From the NCBI GenBank assembly GCA_001824825.1, contig MHTK01000002.1, positions 6,020 through 70,019 of the forward strand: DNA of 64,000 nt, read 5' to 3'. The stretch is from Candidatus Vogelbacteria bacterium RIFOXYD1_FULL_46_19 (GTDB lineage Bacteria > Patescibacteriota > Minisyncoccia > Phycocordibacterales > XYD1-FULL-46-19). The notes beneath the pieces are model-generated. The model was not told the DNA's origin. It saw only the letters and a list, made by a program, of their open reading frames with translations, and did not search any database. The first letter of the stretch is position 1, and every line of letters begins with the position of its first letter. Both the position numbers and the translations under genes were made by a program. Of the stretch, positions 54,019 through 62,968 are shown piece by piece.

Positions 54019-56463
54019 ATGAAAAGATGGAGGGCTTTTATTAAAATCTGGGGCCTAAAAATAGTTATCGTGATAGCTGGCCTTGGCCTTTTTTTGGGTA
54101 GTGCTGGTATTTTATGGGCCCTAACTTTACAAATTCCCGATTTTAACTCTTATTTCGACCAAAGAATAATTGCCGAATCGACCAAACTTTATGACCGAAC
54201 CGGCAAAATCCTCCTTTATAACGCTCATAGCGACATCCGACGGACCATTGTACCTTTGGACCAAATGTCCGACCATGTTAAAAAAGCCACTATTGCTATT
54301 GAGGATGTGGATTTTTACAACCACCGCGGTATTAAACCGACCGCCATTTTAAGAGCTTTTTGGGTTAATGTGAGTAGTGGCCGAGTAGAACAAGGTGGAT
54401 CCACCTTAACTCAGCAGGTAATAAAAAATACTTTGCTAACTAAAGATAAAAGTATTGCCCGCAAAGTTAAGGAAGCCATTTTATCTATAAAATTGGAAAG
54501 TGAGTTACCTAAGGACGAAATTTTAGAGCTCTACTTAAATGAGGTACCCTATGGGGGTAATCTCTACGGTATTGAAGAAGCTTCTAAAGCTTATTTCGGC
54601 AAAGAGTCTAAAAACTTAAGTCTGGCTGAAGCGGCTTACTTAGCCTCTCTCCCCCAAGCTCCGTCTTATTTATCTCCTTATGGTAGCCACCAAGACAAAC
54701 TGGAAGAAAGAAAAAATTTAGTTTTGTCCCGCTTGAAAAGTTTAGACTGGATAACCGATGAAGAATATCAGCAAGCCAAAGCCGAAGAAGTTTTGTTTGC
54801 CAAACCGGATAAAAACAGTATCAAGGCTCCCCACTTTGTGTTCTTTGTCTTGGAATACCTAGAAGATAAATATGGACAAGACACAGTTAAAAATGGCGGT
54901 TTTCGGGTAATCACTAGTCTAGATTGGGAACTACAACAAAAAGCAGAGGAAATTGTTTATCAGTACGGCACTCAGAATGCCGCCAACTACCAAGCTCGGA
55001 ATGCCGGCTTGGTGGCCTTGGACCCGCAAACTGGCCAAATTTTGGCGATGGTAGGATCAATTGATTATTTTGATTTGGAAAATGAGGGCAACTTTAATGT
55101 CACAACCGCCAGACGCCAACCAGGCTCAGCCTTTAAACCCTTTGTGTATGCCACCGCTTTTAATGAAGGCTACACCGCTGACACGATTGTTTTTGATCTA
55201 AAGACTGAATTCAACGCCAGCTGTAGCCCCGAACATATTCCACTGTCCTCTGGTATTACTTGTTACTCACCTACCAACTACGACGGCAGTACCGTTGGCC
55301 CTATTAGTCTTAAAAATGCCCTAGCCCAATCGAGAAATATTCCGGCGGTTAAAGTGTTGTATTTGGCCGGCCTAAAGGATTCTTTTGACACCGCTCGAAA
55401 ACTTGGTATTTCCACTTTACGAGATTACCGTCAGTATGGACTCACTTTAGTCTTAGGTGGTGGTGAAGTCACTCTCTTGGATATGACTAGTGCTTACGGT
55501 GTTTTTGCTAATGATGGGGCTCGTCAGCCCTACTCCTTCATTATGGAAATTAATGACCGCAATAAAAAAACTTTAGAAAAGTACAATAGTCAGAGTACCC
55601 AGGTTTTACCTCCAAATACTGCTCGCCTAATTTCTAATATCTTGTCGGACAACTCCGCGCGGGCGCCGATTTTTGGCACCAATTCTCAACTTAATATTCC
55701 CGGCTATCAAGTAGCTGTCAAAACCGGTACCACTAACGATTATAAAGATGCTTGGATTGTTGGTTATACTCCTAGTTTAGTGGTAGGAGCCTGGGTTGGT
55801 AATAATGATAATACCCCTATGGATAAACGAATTGCCGGGGTAATTGTCGCCCCTATTTGGAATACTTTTATGAAAGATTATTTGAAAAACAAATCAGTTC
55901 AGTATTTCATACCACCAGAACCAGCTCCTAGTGATGTTAAACCTATTCTAAGGGGTATTTGGTCTGGTTTGGCAGGTGGAGAATTGGCTGACGAAGGGGT
56001 TCATTCTATCTTGCACTGGGTTAATAAAAATAATCCCCAAGGACCAGTTCCAATTAACCCAGCTAGCGACCCTCAATACTACAACTGGGAAGCCCCAGTT
56101 CAGGCCTGGGCGGCCGCTACTGGTAACAACTTTTTACTTACCCCTGGTATTTTACCCAGTGGTCTAAACGAACCTACTAAAGAAGAATTCGGCTCTGATC
56201 GAGTGGAAATAAGATCCCTTAGAAATTCCTACAAGCCTGATGATAATATTACCGTGTCTTTAGACGAGACAAGGGCAGTAATAAAAGCTGAATTTTTCTT
56301 AAATGACAGGCTCTTAGGTACCGTCACTAGAACCCCGTTTCGCTTTTCTTTTGTACCAGAAGAATCAGCTGACTTAAGCTCAATAAATACTATTATAGTG
56401 ATTGTTTATGACTCTAAAGGTAATAAACAGCAACTAGAAGAAACTTTTAGACTAAACGACTAA
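54019..56463 (+). CDS. Class A penicillin-binding protein (bifunctional glycosyltransferase/transpeptidase, PBP1A-like)
   Basis: N-terminal TM, GT51 motifs (EDVDFYNHRGI, GGSTLTQQ), transpeptidase SxxK (GSAFKP), SxN and KTG (KTGTT) motifs, and a C-terminal extension. The start was chosen at the internal MKRWRAF. Confidence 0.85.
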   Translation: MKRWRAFIKIWGLKIVIVIAGLGLFLGSAGILWALTLQIPDFNSYFDQRIIAESTKLYDRTGKILLYNAHSDIRRTIVPLDQMSDHVKKATIAIEDVDFYNHRGIKPTAILRAFWVNVSSGRVEQGGSTLTQQVIKNTLLTKDKSIARKVKEAILSIKLESELPKDEILELYLNEVPYGGNLYGIEEASKAYFGKESKNLSLAEAAYLASLPQAPSYLSPYGSHQDKLEERKNLVLSRLKSLDWITDEEYQQAKAEEVLFAKPDKNSIKAPHFVFFVLEYLEDKYGQDTVKNGGFRVITSLDWELQQKAEEIVYQYGTQNAANYQARNAGLVALDPQTGQILAMVGSIDYFDLENEGNFNVTTARRQPGSAFKPFVYATAFNEGYTADTIVFDLKTEFNASCSPEHIPLSSGITCYSPTNYDGSTVGPISLKNALAQSRNIPAVKVLYLAGLKDSFDTARKLGISTLRDYRQYGLTLVLGGGEVTLLDMTSAYGVFANDGARQPYSFIMEINDRNKKTLEKYNSQSTQVLPPNTARLISNILSDNSARAPIFGTNSQLNIPGYQVAVKTGTTNDYKDAWIVGYTPSLVVGAWVGNNDNTPMDKRIAGVIVAPIWNTFMKDYLKNKSVQYFIPPEPAPSDVKPILRGIWSGLAGGELADEGVHSILHWVNKNNPQGPVPINPASDPQYYNWEAPVQAWAAATGNNFLLTPGILPSGLNEPTKEEFGSDRVEIRSLRNSYKPDDNITVSLDETRAVIKAEFFLNDRLLGTVTRTPFRFSFVPEESADLSSINTIIVIVYDSKGNKQQLEETFRLND

Positions 56464-56471
56464 CTTCTTGC

Positions 56472-56729
56472 CTAGCTAATACGAGTAATTACAAAACCAT
56501 CTGGGTGGTTTTTAATAACTTTTAAAATAACTATTTGTCTTAAAAAAACTTCGGATTTAACTACTGGTGGCACATTTAAAATTATTTCAGATCCTCTAAT
56601 CAAAACTTGAGAATTTTCAATCTTTAAACCTGTTAAATCCTTAATTACCTCCACCACCACTTTTTTTTGTCTTTCACCTTCTCCCCCTAGGCGATTATAT
56701 TTATCTAATAAATTTTTTATCAGGTCCAT
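56472..56729 (-). CDS. Small DUF721/DciA-like protein downstream of dnaN, tentative
   Basis: 85 aa. The pattern IILNVPPVVKSEVFLRQIVILKVIKN resembles the DUF721 core, and the position after dnaN is typical. Confidence 0.38.
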   Translation of the reverse strand: MDLIKNLLDKYNRLGGEGERQKKVVVEVIKDLTGLKIENSQVLIRGSEIILNVPPVVKSEVFLRQIVILKVIKNHPDGFVITRIS

Positions 56730-56733
56730 TATT

Positions 56734-57840
56734 TTAACGATTAACCGGCATAATTATATAAGAAAAACTTTTATTTTCTGTGCCTTGAATTAAAAGTGGA
56801 CGATTAGGTTCCGTCATTCCAATTAATAAATTTAAGGCCGGAATAGATTGAAATGACTCTAAAATATAACGAGCATTATAGTGAGCGGAAAAATCATTAC
56901 CCTCTATTTTAGCTTTAATTGTAGCCGTACTTTCACCAATATCCGAACTGGCTGAATAAATTATAATCTGTTCTTTAGCGGCATCTACATCTAGTTTAAT
57001 TTGATTAAATTTACCGGAAAAAATATTGGCCATTTTTAAAACTTGTCCCAAATCATCTTTACTTAAAGTGATAGTGGAAGTAGAAGTTTTGGGCATTATT
57101 TGCCGATAATCCGGATAAATACCATCAATCAATCTTGAGGTTAAATGAATTCCAACACTAGTAATAGATAATTGGTTACTGTCCGAACATAATTCTAATT
57201 CACCCTCTTCCCCTTCAAATACTTTTATAATCTCAGCGGCATTTTTTAAAGGAATAATCAGTCGGAAATCAACATCCTTATTTTGATTTGAAATTGTTAA
57301 CTTTTTTTCTGCCAATCTAAAGGAATCAGTAGCCACAAAAATTAATTCATTATTATTCTGGTAGATATAAACACTGGAAATTTCAGGTTTAATATCAGAT
57401 ACCGCCGCAGCATAAATAACAGATTTAAGTCCATAAACTAAATCGGTATTTTTTAACTTAAGTTTATTAGTGGTTGATATTTTAGGAATCAGTGGAAAAT
57501 CTTCATATTCTTCACTCTTTATAACCGTGTTATAAGTACTCGTTTTAATTAGTAAATTATTATTCTGTAACTCAACAGTTATTTTATCTTCATCTTTTAA
57601 ATTAGTTAGAAAATTACTTAGAGTAGTGGGATTACAAGAAGTCATTCCTTCTTCTAAAACCTTAGCCGGCAACTCCACTTCTAGACCAATTTCTAAGTTA
57701 GTCGACTTAATTACTAAGTTATTCTTTTTAACCTCTAAAATAAGGTTCTTTAAAACCGGTAAAGATAAATTATGAGAAGTAGCTCTTTCGGCGATTAGGA
57801 CAGCTTTCTGAAGTTTTTGTTTAGAGCATTCTATTTTCAT
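56734..57840 (-). CDS. dnaN: DNA polymerase III beta sliding clamp
   Basis: 368 aa with a three-domain clamp architecture, immediately downstream of dnaA. Confidence 0.9.
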   Translation of the reverse strand: MKIECSKQKLQKAVLIAERATSHNLSLPVLKNLILEVKKNNLVIKSTNLEIGLEVELPAKVLEEGMTSCNPTTLSNFLTNLKDEDKITVELQNNNLLIKTSTYNTVIKSEEYEDFPLIPKISTTNKLKLKNTDLVYGLKSVIYAAAVSDIKPEISSVYIYQNNNELIFVATDSFRLAEKKLTISNQNKDVDFRLIIPLKNAAEIIKVFEGEEGELELCSDSNQLSITSVGIHLTSRLIDGIYPDYRQIMPKTSTSTITLSKDDLGQVLKMANIFSGKFNQIKLDVDAAKEQIIIYSASSDIGESTATIKAKIEGNDFSAHYNARYILESFQSIPALNLLIGMTEPNRPLLIQGTENKSFSYIIMPVNR

Positions 57841-58060
57841 ATTTTAAAAAAGTAGAGCTATTAAGGTTGTGGATAGGTGGATAAGTTACTTTAAGGTTGA
57901 TAATTAAGGAAAATTTTATAACTTAAATTGTTTAATTTGGGGATAAAGCATTGGATGAGTTGGGATTAACTTTTTCATTTTTTATTATTAGACATTAATC
58001 CCAACTTTAATCTTCTTTTACTTCTGACTTATACCCAAGTTAATCCACATAATTTATTGT
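57841..58060. promoter_or_regulatory. Candidate oriC in the dnaA-dnaN intergenic region
   Basis: AT-rich 220 bp with clustered DnaA-box-like 9-mers (TGTGGATAG, GGTGGATAA, TGGGGATAA, TAATCCACA) and a T/A-rich putative unwinding stretch (TTTTTCATTTTTTATTATTAGACATTAAT). Confidence 0.5.
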
Positions 58061-59422
58061 TTAATTATTACTATATAGTTGTGATCTAATTTGTTCTATT
58101 TCTTGACCAAGTAAAGAGTCGGTTTTAGAGTCTTTTTTAATCTTCTCGTAGGCGTGAATAACTGTAGTATGATCTCGACCACCTAATTTTTGACCAATAT
58201 AAGGGTAGGAGGTGTTAAAGTCTTCTCGCAAAATATACATAATTATTTGACGCGGTTTTACTACCTCCTTTCGCCTAGTTTTCTCATAGAGAGTTTTTTC
58301 ATCCACACTGTAAAAATTAGCAATAGTTTTTATCACATCCTTATAAGAGATAGACTTTTTGGGCTTTATATTGCTTTTTAAGAGATGTTTAACCTCAGCT
58401 AAGCTTATTTCCTTCTTCTTAGCTTGAGCTTGGACAATAATTGATTTTAAAGTGCCTTCCAACTCTCTAATACTATCTTGAACCACTGAGGCTATATACT
58501 CTAAAACCTCGTCCGAGACTGGGGTGTTCAGGAAATTAGCCTTATTTTTTAAAATTGCTAAGCGGGACTCGTAGTCCGGTTTACTTATATCCACTATCAT
58601 TCCCCCTTCAAACCGAGACCGTAGTCGATCTTCTAAATGTTCTATATATTTAGGTGGTTGATCGGAGGAAAAAATAATTTGCTTGTTATTCTCATAAAAA
58701 TGATTAAAGAGATGAAACAATTCTTCCTGAGTTTTCTCTTTATTAGAGAAGAACTGAATATCATCCATAATAATCAGATCATATTTGCGATATTTTTCCT
58801 TAAACAGGTTTACTTTGTTGTTTAAAATAGAATTAACACAATCAATAGTGAAATTTTCCGAAGTGGTGTAAAAAACCCTCTTATTAGTGTTTAAACGGCT
58901 AATTTGGTTGCCAACTGCTTGTAAAAGATGGGTTTTTCCCACTCCAGTAACCCCGTAAATATATAGCGGGTTGTAATTCATCCCTGGGTTTTTAATTACC
59001 GCCTGGGAAGCGGCGTAAGCCACCTCGTTAAAAGAGCCCACCACGAAAGATTCAAAGGTGTATTTAGGGTTTAAATTACTATCCTGATTGATGTAGAGCT
59101 CATTTAGCCCTAAATCCGAAGAACTATGACTAGGAGCCTGGGTGGGAGCGGGATCGAGGGGTGGTTTGTCATCCCTTTTTACTATTATATATTCTAAACT
59201 TCTAACATTAGGCTCTATTTCCCTTAGGGCTTTTAAAATAAACTTGTGATATTTAGCTTTTAACCAGTCTTTAACGAAGGTGTTGGGAGTACTTAAAAAA
59301 ACCATCCCGTCGTCTAATTTATAAATGTAAGTGTTTTTAAACCAAGTGCCGAAGTTAGCTTTGGAAATATTTAACTCAATCTGAGCTAAGGCATTTTCCC
59401 AAAGTTGTTTATTTTCGACCAT
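58061..59422 (-). CDS. dnaA: Chromosomal replication initiator protein DnaA
   Basis: AAA+ Walker A GVTGVGKTHLL, Walker B LIIMDDIQF, sensor motifs and a C-terminal DNA-binding domain (GGRDHTTVIHAYEKI). Confidence 0.95.
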   Translation of the reverse strand: MVENKQLWENALAQIELNISKANFGTWFKNTYIYKLDDGMVFLSTPNTFVKDWLKAKYHKFILKALREIEPNVRSLEYIIVKRDDKPPLDPAPTQAPSHSSSDLGLNELYINQDSNLNPKYTFESFVVGSFNEVAYAASQAVIKNPGMNYNPLYIYGVTGVGKTHLLQAVGNQISRLNTNKRVFYTTSENFTIDCVNSILNNKVNLFKEKYRKYDLIIMDDIQFFSNKEKTQEELFHLFNHFYENNKQIIFSSDQPPKYIEHLEDRLRSRFEGGMIVDISKPDYESRLAILKNKANFLNTPVSDEVLEYIASVVQDSIRELEGTLKSIIVQAQAKKKEISLAEVKHLLKSNIKPKKSISYKDVIKTIANFYSVDEKTLYEKTRRKEVVKPRQIIMYILREDFNTSYPYIGQKLGGRDHTTVIHAYEKIKKDSKTDSLLGQEIEQIRSQLYSNN

Positions 59423-59608
59423 AAGATAAGAATGAAAAAGGGTTAAGAAAAGTGGAGATAATTTTTCTAATTATAGGAGGATAAGCTATTATAACAAACC
59501 CTGTCTAATTGTTGATAACCGGTGGATTAGTTGAGGATAGTCATTATTTCATATTTGAGGCCTCGGGGACAGTTGCCAAGGCTATTTTTTTAATGTAGAC
59601 TAGCCTTC

Positions 59609-59743
59609 ATGTCACAAACCTATCAACCCAACAAGCGCAAAAGAGCCACTACTCATGGTTTTTTGGTTCGGAGTCAGTCGGCCTCAGGCCGGAAGGTTTT
59701 ACTGCGTCGTAGGCGTAAAGGACGGGCCAAATTAAGCGTTTAA
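59609..59743 (+). CDS. rpmH: 50S ribosomal protein L34 (44 aa, below the ORF-track cut-off)
   Basis: Hand translation gives [44 protein letters not shown]. It lies directly upstream of rnpA as in the conserved rpmH-rnpA-yidC cluster. Confidence 0.85.
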   Translation: MSQTYQPNKRKRATTHGFLVRSQSASGRKVLLRRRRKGRAKLSV

Positions 59744-59745
59744 AT

Positions 59746-60087
59746 ATGCTTGATAGACCTTCTCGGGTCACTAAAGACGAAATTGGTACGATTTTAAAGC
59801 AGGGACGTACTTACCACTCCCCTAAAGTCTCCTTTAGGGTTTTTTACAAACCTAATACTAGTACGGCTTTTGGGGTGGTAGTATCTAAAAAGGTGGCGGT
59901 CCAAGCTGTAGTTCGTAATAAAATAAAGCGGCGGGTTAAAAGTATTCTAAGAAAAAATTTAGCTCAAACCAAAAGTGGCTATAAATCCTTATTTTTTATT
60001 AAAAAAGAGGGAGTGGAAGCTAGGTTTAAGGATTTAGAGGCAGATATTGTATACTTACTAGAAGCGGCGCGGATTTTAAAAAAATAA
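59746..60087 (+). CDS. rnpA: RNase P protein component
   Basis: 113 aa basic protein with RnpA-like motifs (KVSFRVFYKP, VRNKIKRRVKS). It starts 2 nt after the rpmH stop. Confidence 0.8.
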   Translation: MLDRPSRVTKDEIGTILKQGRTYHSPKVSFRVFYKPNTSTAFGVVVSKKVAVQAVVRNKIKRRVKSILRKNLAQTKSGYKSLFFIKKEGVEARFKDLEADIVYLLEAARILKK

Positions 60088-60105
60088 TTAAATACTCCTT
60101 AAACA

Positions 60106-60834
60106 ATGATTGGTTTTTTTAATATAATTTTGTTTCAACCTTTGTACAATGCTTTGGTCTGGTTGAGTGGGGTGATGCCGGGCCACAGTATTGCCCTCGC
60201 GATTATTGCTTTAACGGTCATTATTAAAACTTTACTTACTCCTTTGTATCATAAGTCTTCTAAGACCCAACGCAAACTTAAAGAAATAGAACCGGAGCTC
60301 TCGAAGCTTAAAGAACAACATAAAGACGACAAACAACTGCAAGCTCAAAAAATGATGGAACTGTACCGTGAACATGGTATTAATCCCCTGACCGGCTTTA
60401 TGGTCCTTCTAATTCAACTGCCGATTATTTTAGCTTTGTTTTATGTTTTTTCTAAGGGTTTTGAGCTTAATTTGGATATTTTATACCCCTTTGTGTCGAG
60501 TCCAGAGGTGGTAGATCGAACAGTTTTTGGTTGGATTCTCTTAACGGAAAAAAGTTACTGGTTGGCTTTACTTGTTGGCTTGACTCAGTATGTGCAAATT
60601 CGCCTAACTTTGCCCCCCTTACCCCAGCGATTGCCTAAGTCCGATACCCCCTCTTTTAAAGAAGATTTAGCGCGCAGTATGAATATGCAAATGCGCTACG
60701 TGATGCCGGTTATTATTACGGTGATTGCCTCCCAGTTCCCTTCAGCGATCGCTTTATACTGGCTCACTGGTAACCTTTTTGCTATTGGTCACGAGTTAAT
60801 TGTGAGGAGTAAGGCGAAGAAACTAGTAGTTTAA
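60106..60834 (+). CDS. yidC: Membrane protein insertase YidC (short form)
   Basis: 242 aa, about 5 TM segments, with conserved MELYREHGINPLTG and LPIIL motifs of YidC/Oxa1. Confidence 0.8.
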   Translation: MIGFFNIILFQPLYNALVWLSGVMPGHSIALAIIALTVIIKTLLTPLYHKSSKTQRKLKEIEPELSKLKEQHKDDKQLQAQKMMELYREHGINPLTGFMVLLIQLPIILALFYVFSKGFELNLDILYPFVSSPEVVDRTVFGWILLTEKSYWLALLVGLTQYVQIRLTLPPLPQRLPKSDTPSFKEDLARSMNMQMRYVMPVIITVIASQFPSAIALYWLTGNLFAIGHELIVRSKAKKLVV

Positions 60835-62040
60835 TTCACTAACCCACAAAGACATATCTTTCTTATTTTGAAGGACAATGTACCGTCCATCTTCGACTAG
60901 TTTAATTTTGTTAGTATCAAAATTTTCCGGCAAAGTGGTAACGACTAGAAAATCGTTTGAGTTATTTATTCCCACTACTACAATATCGTCACTAAAAGAT
61001 ATAATCCCTTTGTACCAATCGTCTGGGTATTCACCAAAAGGGATGTGACGTGGAGCTCCACAATAAATGTTTAAAGAATCTTCAGTCCAGACACATTTGT
61101 CGGCGAATGTTAAGAAAGGTAAGGGGGTAGAGTTTTTAGTTGCTGTGTCGTAAAGATTAAGACTAAGGCTTTGATTGGTAGATAATGAGTAAAGTATTTT
61201 ATTACCATCAGGGCTAGGAAGAATACTTAGACCATTAGAACTATTTGATAATAATATTTTTTCTAAACTTGGATTATTAGCAGTCTTTAGATATAAGTAT
61301 CCAGGATAACTTTTTGTAGGCTTGGTAGATAAAAATACTTTATTTTGACTTTGATCTACAAAGGTAGACCAATTAGAAGTTGGAGAAGTAAAGACTTCTT
61401 TCTTGTTTTCAAGATTAATGTTTGATAAATATAAATAATATAAGGAGTTAACTTTCTCAGTAGTTAAAATATTTTTACCCATTGTTTCAATTTCTTCGAT
61501 ATAAGAAGGCAAATTTTTAGGTTTTATGCCTGACAGAATGGATGATTCATTACTTAAGTTAGATATAGGAATATCAAAATATTGGTAATTTATCTTTGTG
61601 TTATTATTGGATCCCGCAAAAATTCTAAGGAAATCATCCCCGTTTAAAGCTGTTAGGGAATGGGGAGATGTAATGGTGGTGTTGGTTAGTCGGCTTTTAA
61701 TTTTATTAATAATATCCCAGGAAATAATGTTGCCGTTCTTTAGGTCACTATAAACTATATAATATTGATCTACTCCTAAATTTACCAAATCAAAATCAGC
61801 CACCAAATCATTCACTTTATATATCCCCTTTTCAGAATCATCATCTTTATCTAATAGACCAGGGTTTTGATTATTATTCTGGGCTTCATTTCCGTCATCT
61901 AAAGGAAAAAAACTGGAAAGTTTATTTATTACCGACGAGGTTTCTAGGTTGTTGGTTGGCTTAAAGAGTAGAAGTAAAACAACTACTCCAACTATTATTA
62001 CTAGAATAATCCCAATGAGTATTGTTTTTTTATTTAACAT
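60823..62040 (-). CDS. N-terminally anchored extracytoplasmic protein, hypothetical (possible beta-propeller-like repeats)
   Basis: 405 aa with a single N-terminal TM helix and an Asn/Ser/Tyr-rich beta-strand-like composition. Confidence 0.45.
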   Translation of the reverse strand: MLNKKTILIGIILVIIVGVVVLLLLFKPTNNLETSSVINKLSSFFPLDDGNEAQNNNQNPGLLDKDDDSEKGIYKVNDLVADFDLVNLGVDQYYIVYSDLKNGNIISWDIINKIKSRLTNTTITSPHSLTALNGDDFLRIFAGSNNNTKINYQYFDIPISNLSNESSILSGIKPKNLPSYIEEIETMGKNILTTEKVNSLYYLYLSNINLENKKEVFTSPTSNWSTFVDQSQNKVFLSTKPTKSYPGYLYLKTANNPSLEKILLSNSSNGLSILPSPDGNKILYSLSTNQSLSLNLYDTATKNSTPLPFLTFADKCVWTEDSLNIYCGAPRHIPFGEYPDDWYKGIISFSDDIVVVGINNSNDFLVVTTLPENFDTNKIKLVEDGRYIVLQNKKDMSLWVSELNY

Positions 62041-62056
62041 AAAATTAAGTTATTTA

Positions 62057-62965
62057 TTAGCGAGCATCACAATGAACATGTCGATTTTCTACTAAAACAT
62101 AAGTAAAGCCAGCTTGTCGACAGTAGTCAGCAATTATATTTAGATTTGAACTAGTTACATTTCCTCCGGTTGGCTGAATATCAACAGCCCTACCTTCATA
62201 ATGTTCACTGCCGGCACTATGTCCAACACCCTCAGTGTGTGCCGCGGTAATTTGGGTGCTTAAATTGTGGTCGGAGTTTAGGTTTTGTTGAACCCAAACA
62301 GTTGCTTCGGCCACATCTCTATGAACACGATCAGTTCTGCCGGGGCCATTAATCCCACTATAACCATTAGCCACTGTAGCCCCGGCTTCATTCAAGGAAA
62401 CACACTCGGTGTTAGAGGCTTCATGACAATCACTTTGGGCTGGAACTGAACCACTTAATACGGCCCCGGGGCCGGCATTACCATTTCCTGTACCTGGATT
62501 TTGTGAATCTGGTCGAGTTGTGCCCGAGGTGCCAGTTGGGGCCGAAGGGCCGGAATTCATAGATTGTCCCACTCGGTCTAGACTAAAATTAATATTAACC
62601 AAATCAGGGTTAATGGTGTAGAGGATCAACCAAGAAGTTAGAGCGAGAACTAGTCCCCCGACGGCGGCGTAAACCCGCCGCTGACCGGTGGTTTTGGTAG
62701 CGACTGCGGCGCCAAAAATGTACTCCAACCCCCCCACCACAATCATTAAGACCGATATTAAGACGACTAGGCCCAAAAAGACATCAAAGGCTCTTTTGGC
62801 ATAATCGGAAAAATCAATCTGGGTTTCACCAGACAAACCGACCGCTGTCGGCTCTAACAGAGTATAGTTTTGGGCCCAAGACATTGTTGGTATTAAAAAT
62901 AGCCCCACCAGTATGAGGATGGTGGTGAAAGTTATAACCCTGGTTAGTAAAAGTTGTACCCGCAT
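62057..62965 (-). CDS. Membrane-anchored protein with C-terminal LAS-type zinc peptidase (M15/VanY-like) domain
   Basis: N-terminal signal plus a second TM helix (pilin/TrbC-like topology), then a Gly/Thr/Pro-rich linker. The C-terminal motifs SEHYEGRAVD and HVHCD match the HxxxxxxD...H.H zinc-binding pattern of M15 peptidases. Confidence 0.42.
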   Translation of the reverse strand: MRVQLLLTRVITFTTILILVGLFLIPTMSWAQNYTLLEPTAVGLSGETQIDFSDYAKRAFDVFLGLVVLISVLMIVVGGLEYIFGAAVATKTTGQRRVYAAVGGLVLALTSWLILYTINPDLVNINFSLDRVGQSMNSGPSAPTGTSGTTRPDSQNPGTGNGNAGPGAVLSGSVPAQSDCHEASNTECVSLNEAGATVANGYSGINGPGRTDRVHRDVAEATVWVQQNLNSDHNLSTQITAAHTEGVGHSAGSEHYEGRAVDIQPTGGNVTSSNLNIIADYCRQAGFTYVLVENRHVHCDAR

Positions 62966-62968
62966 AGT

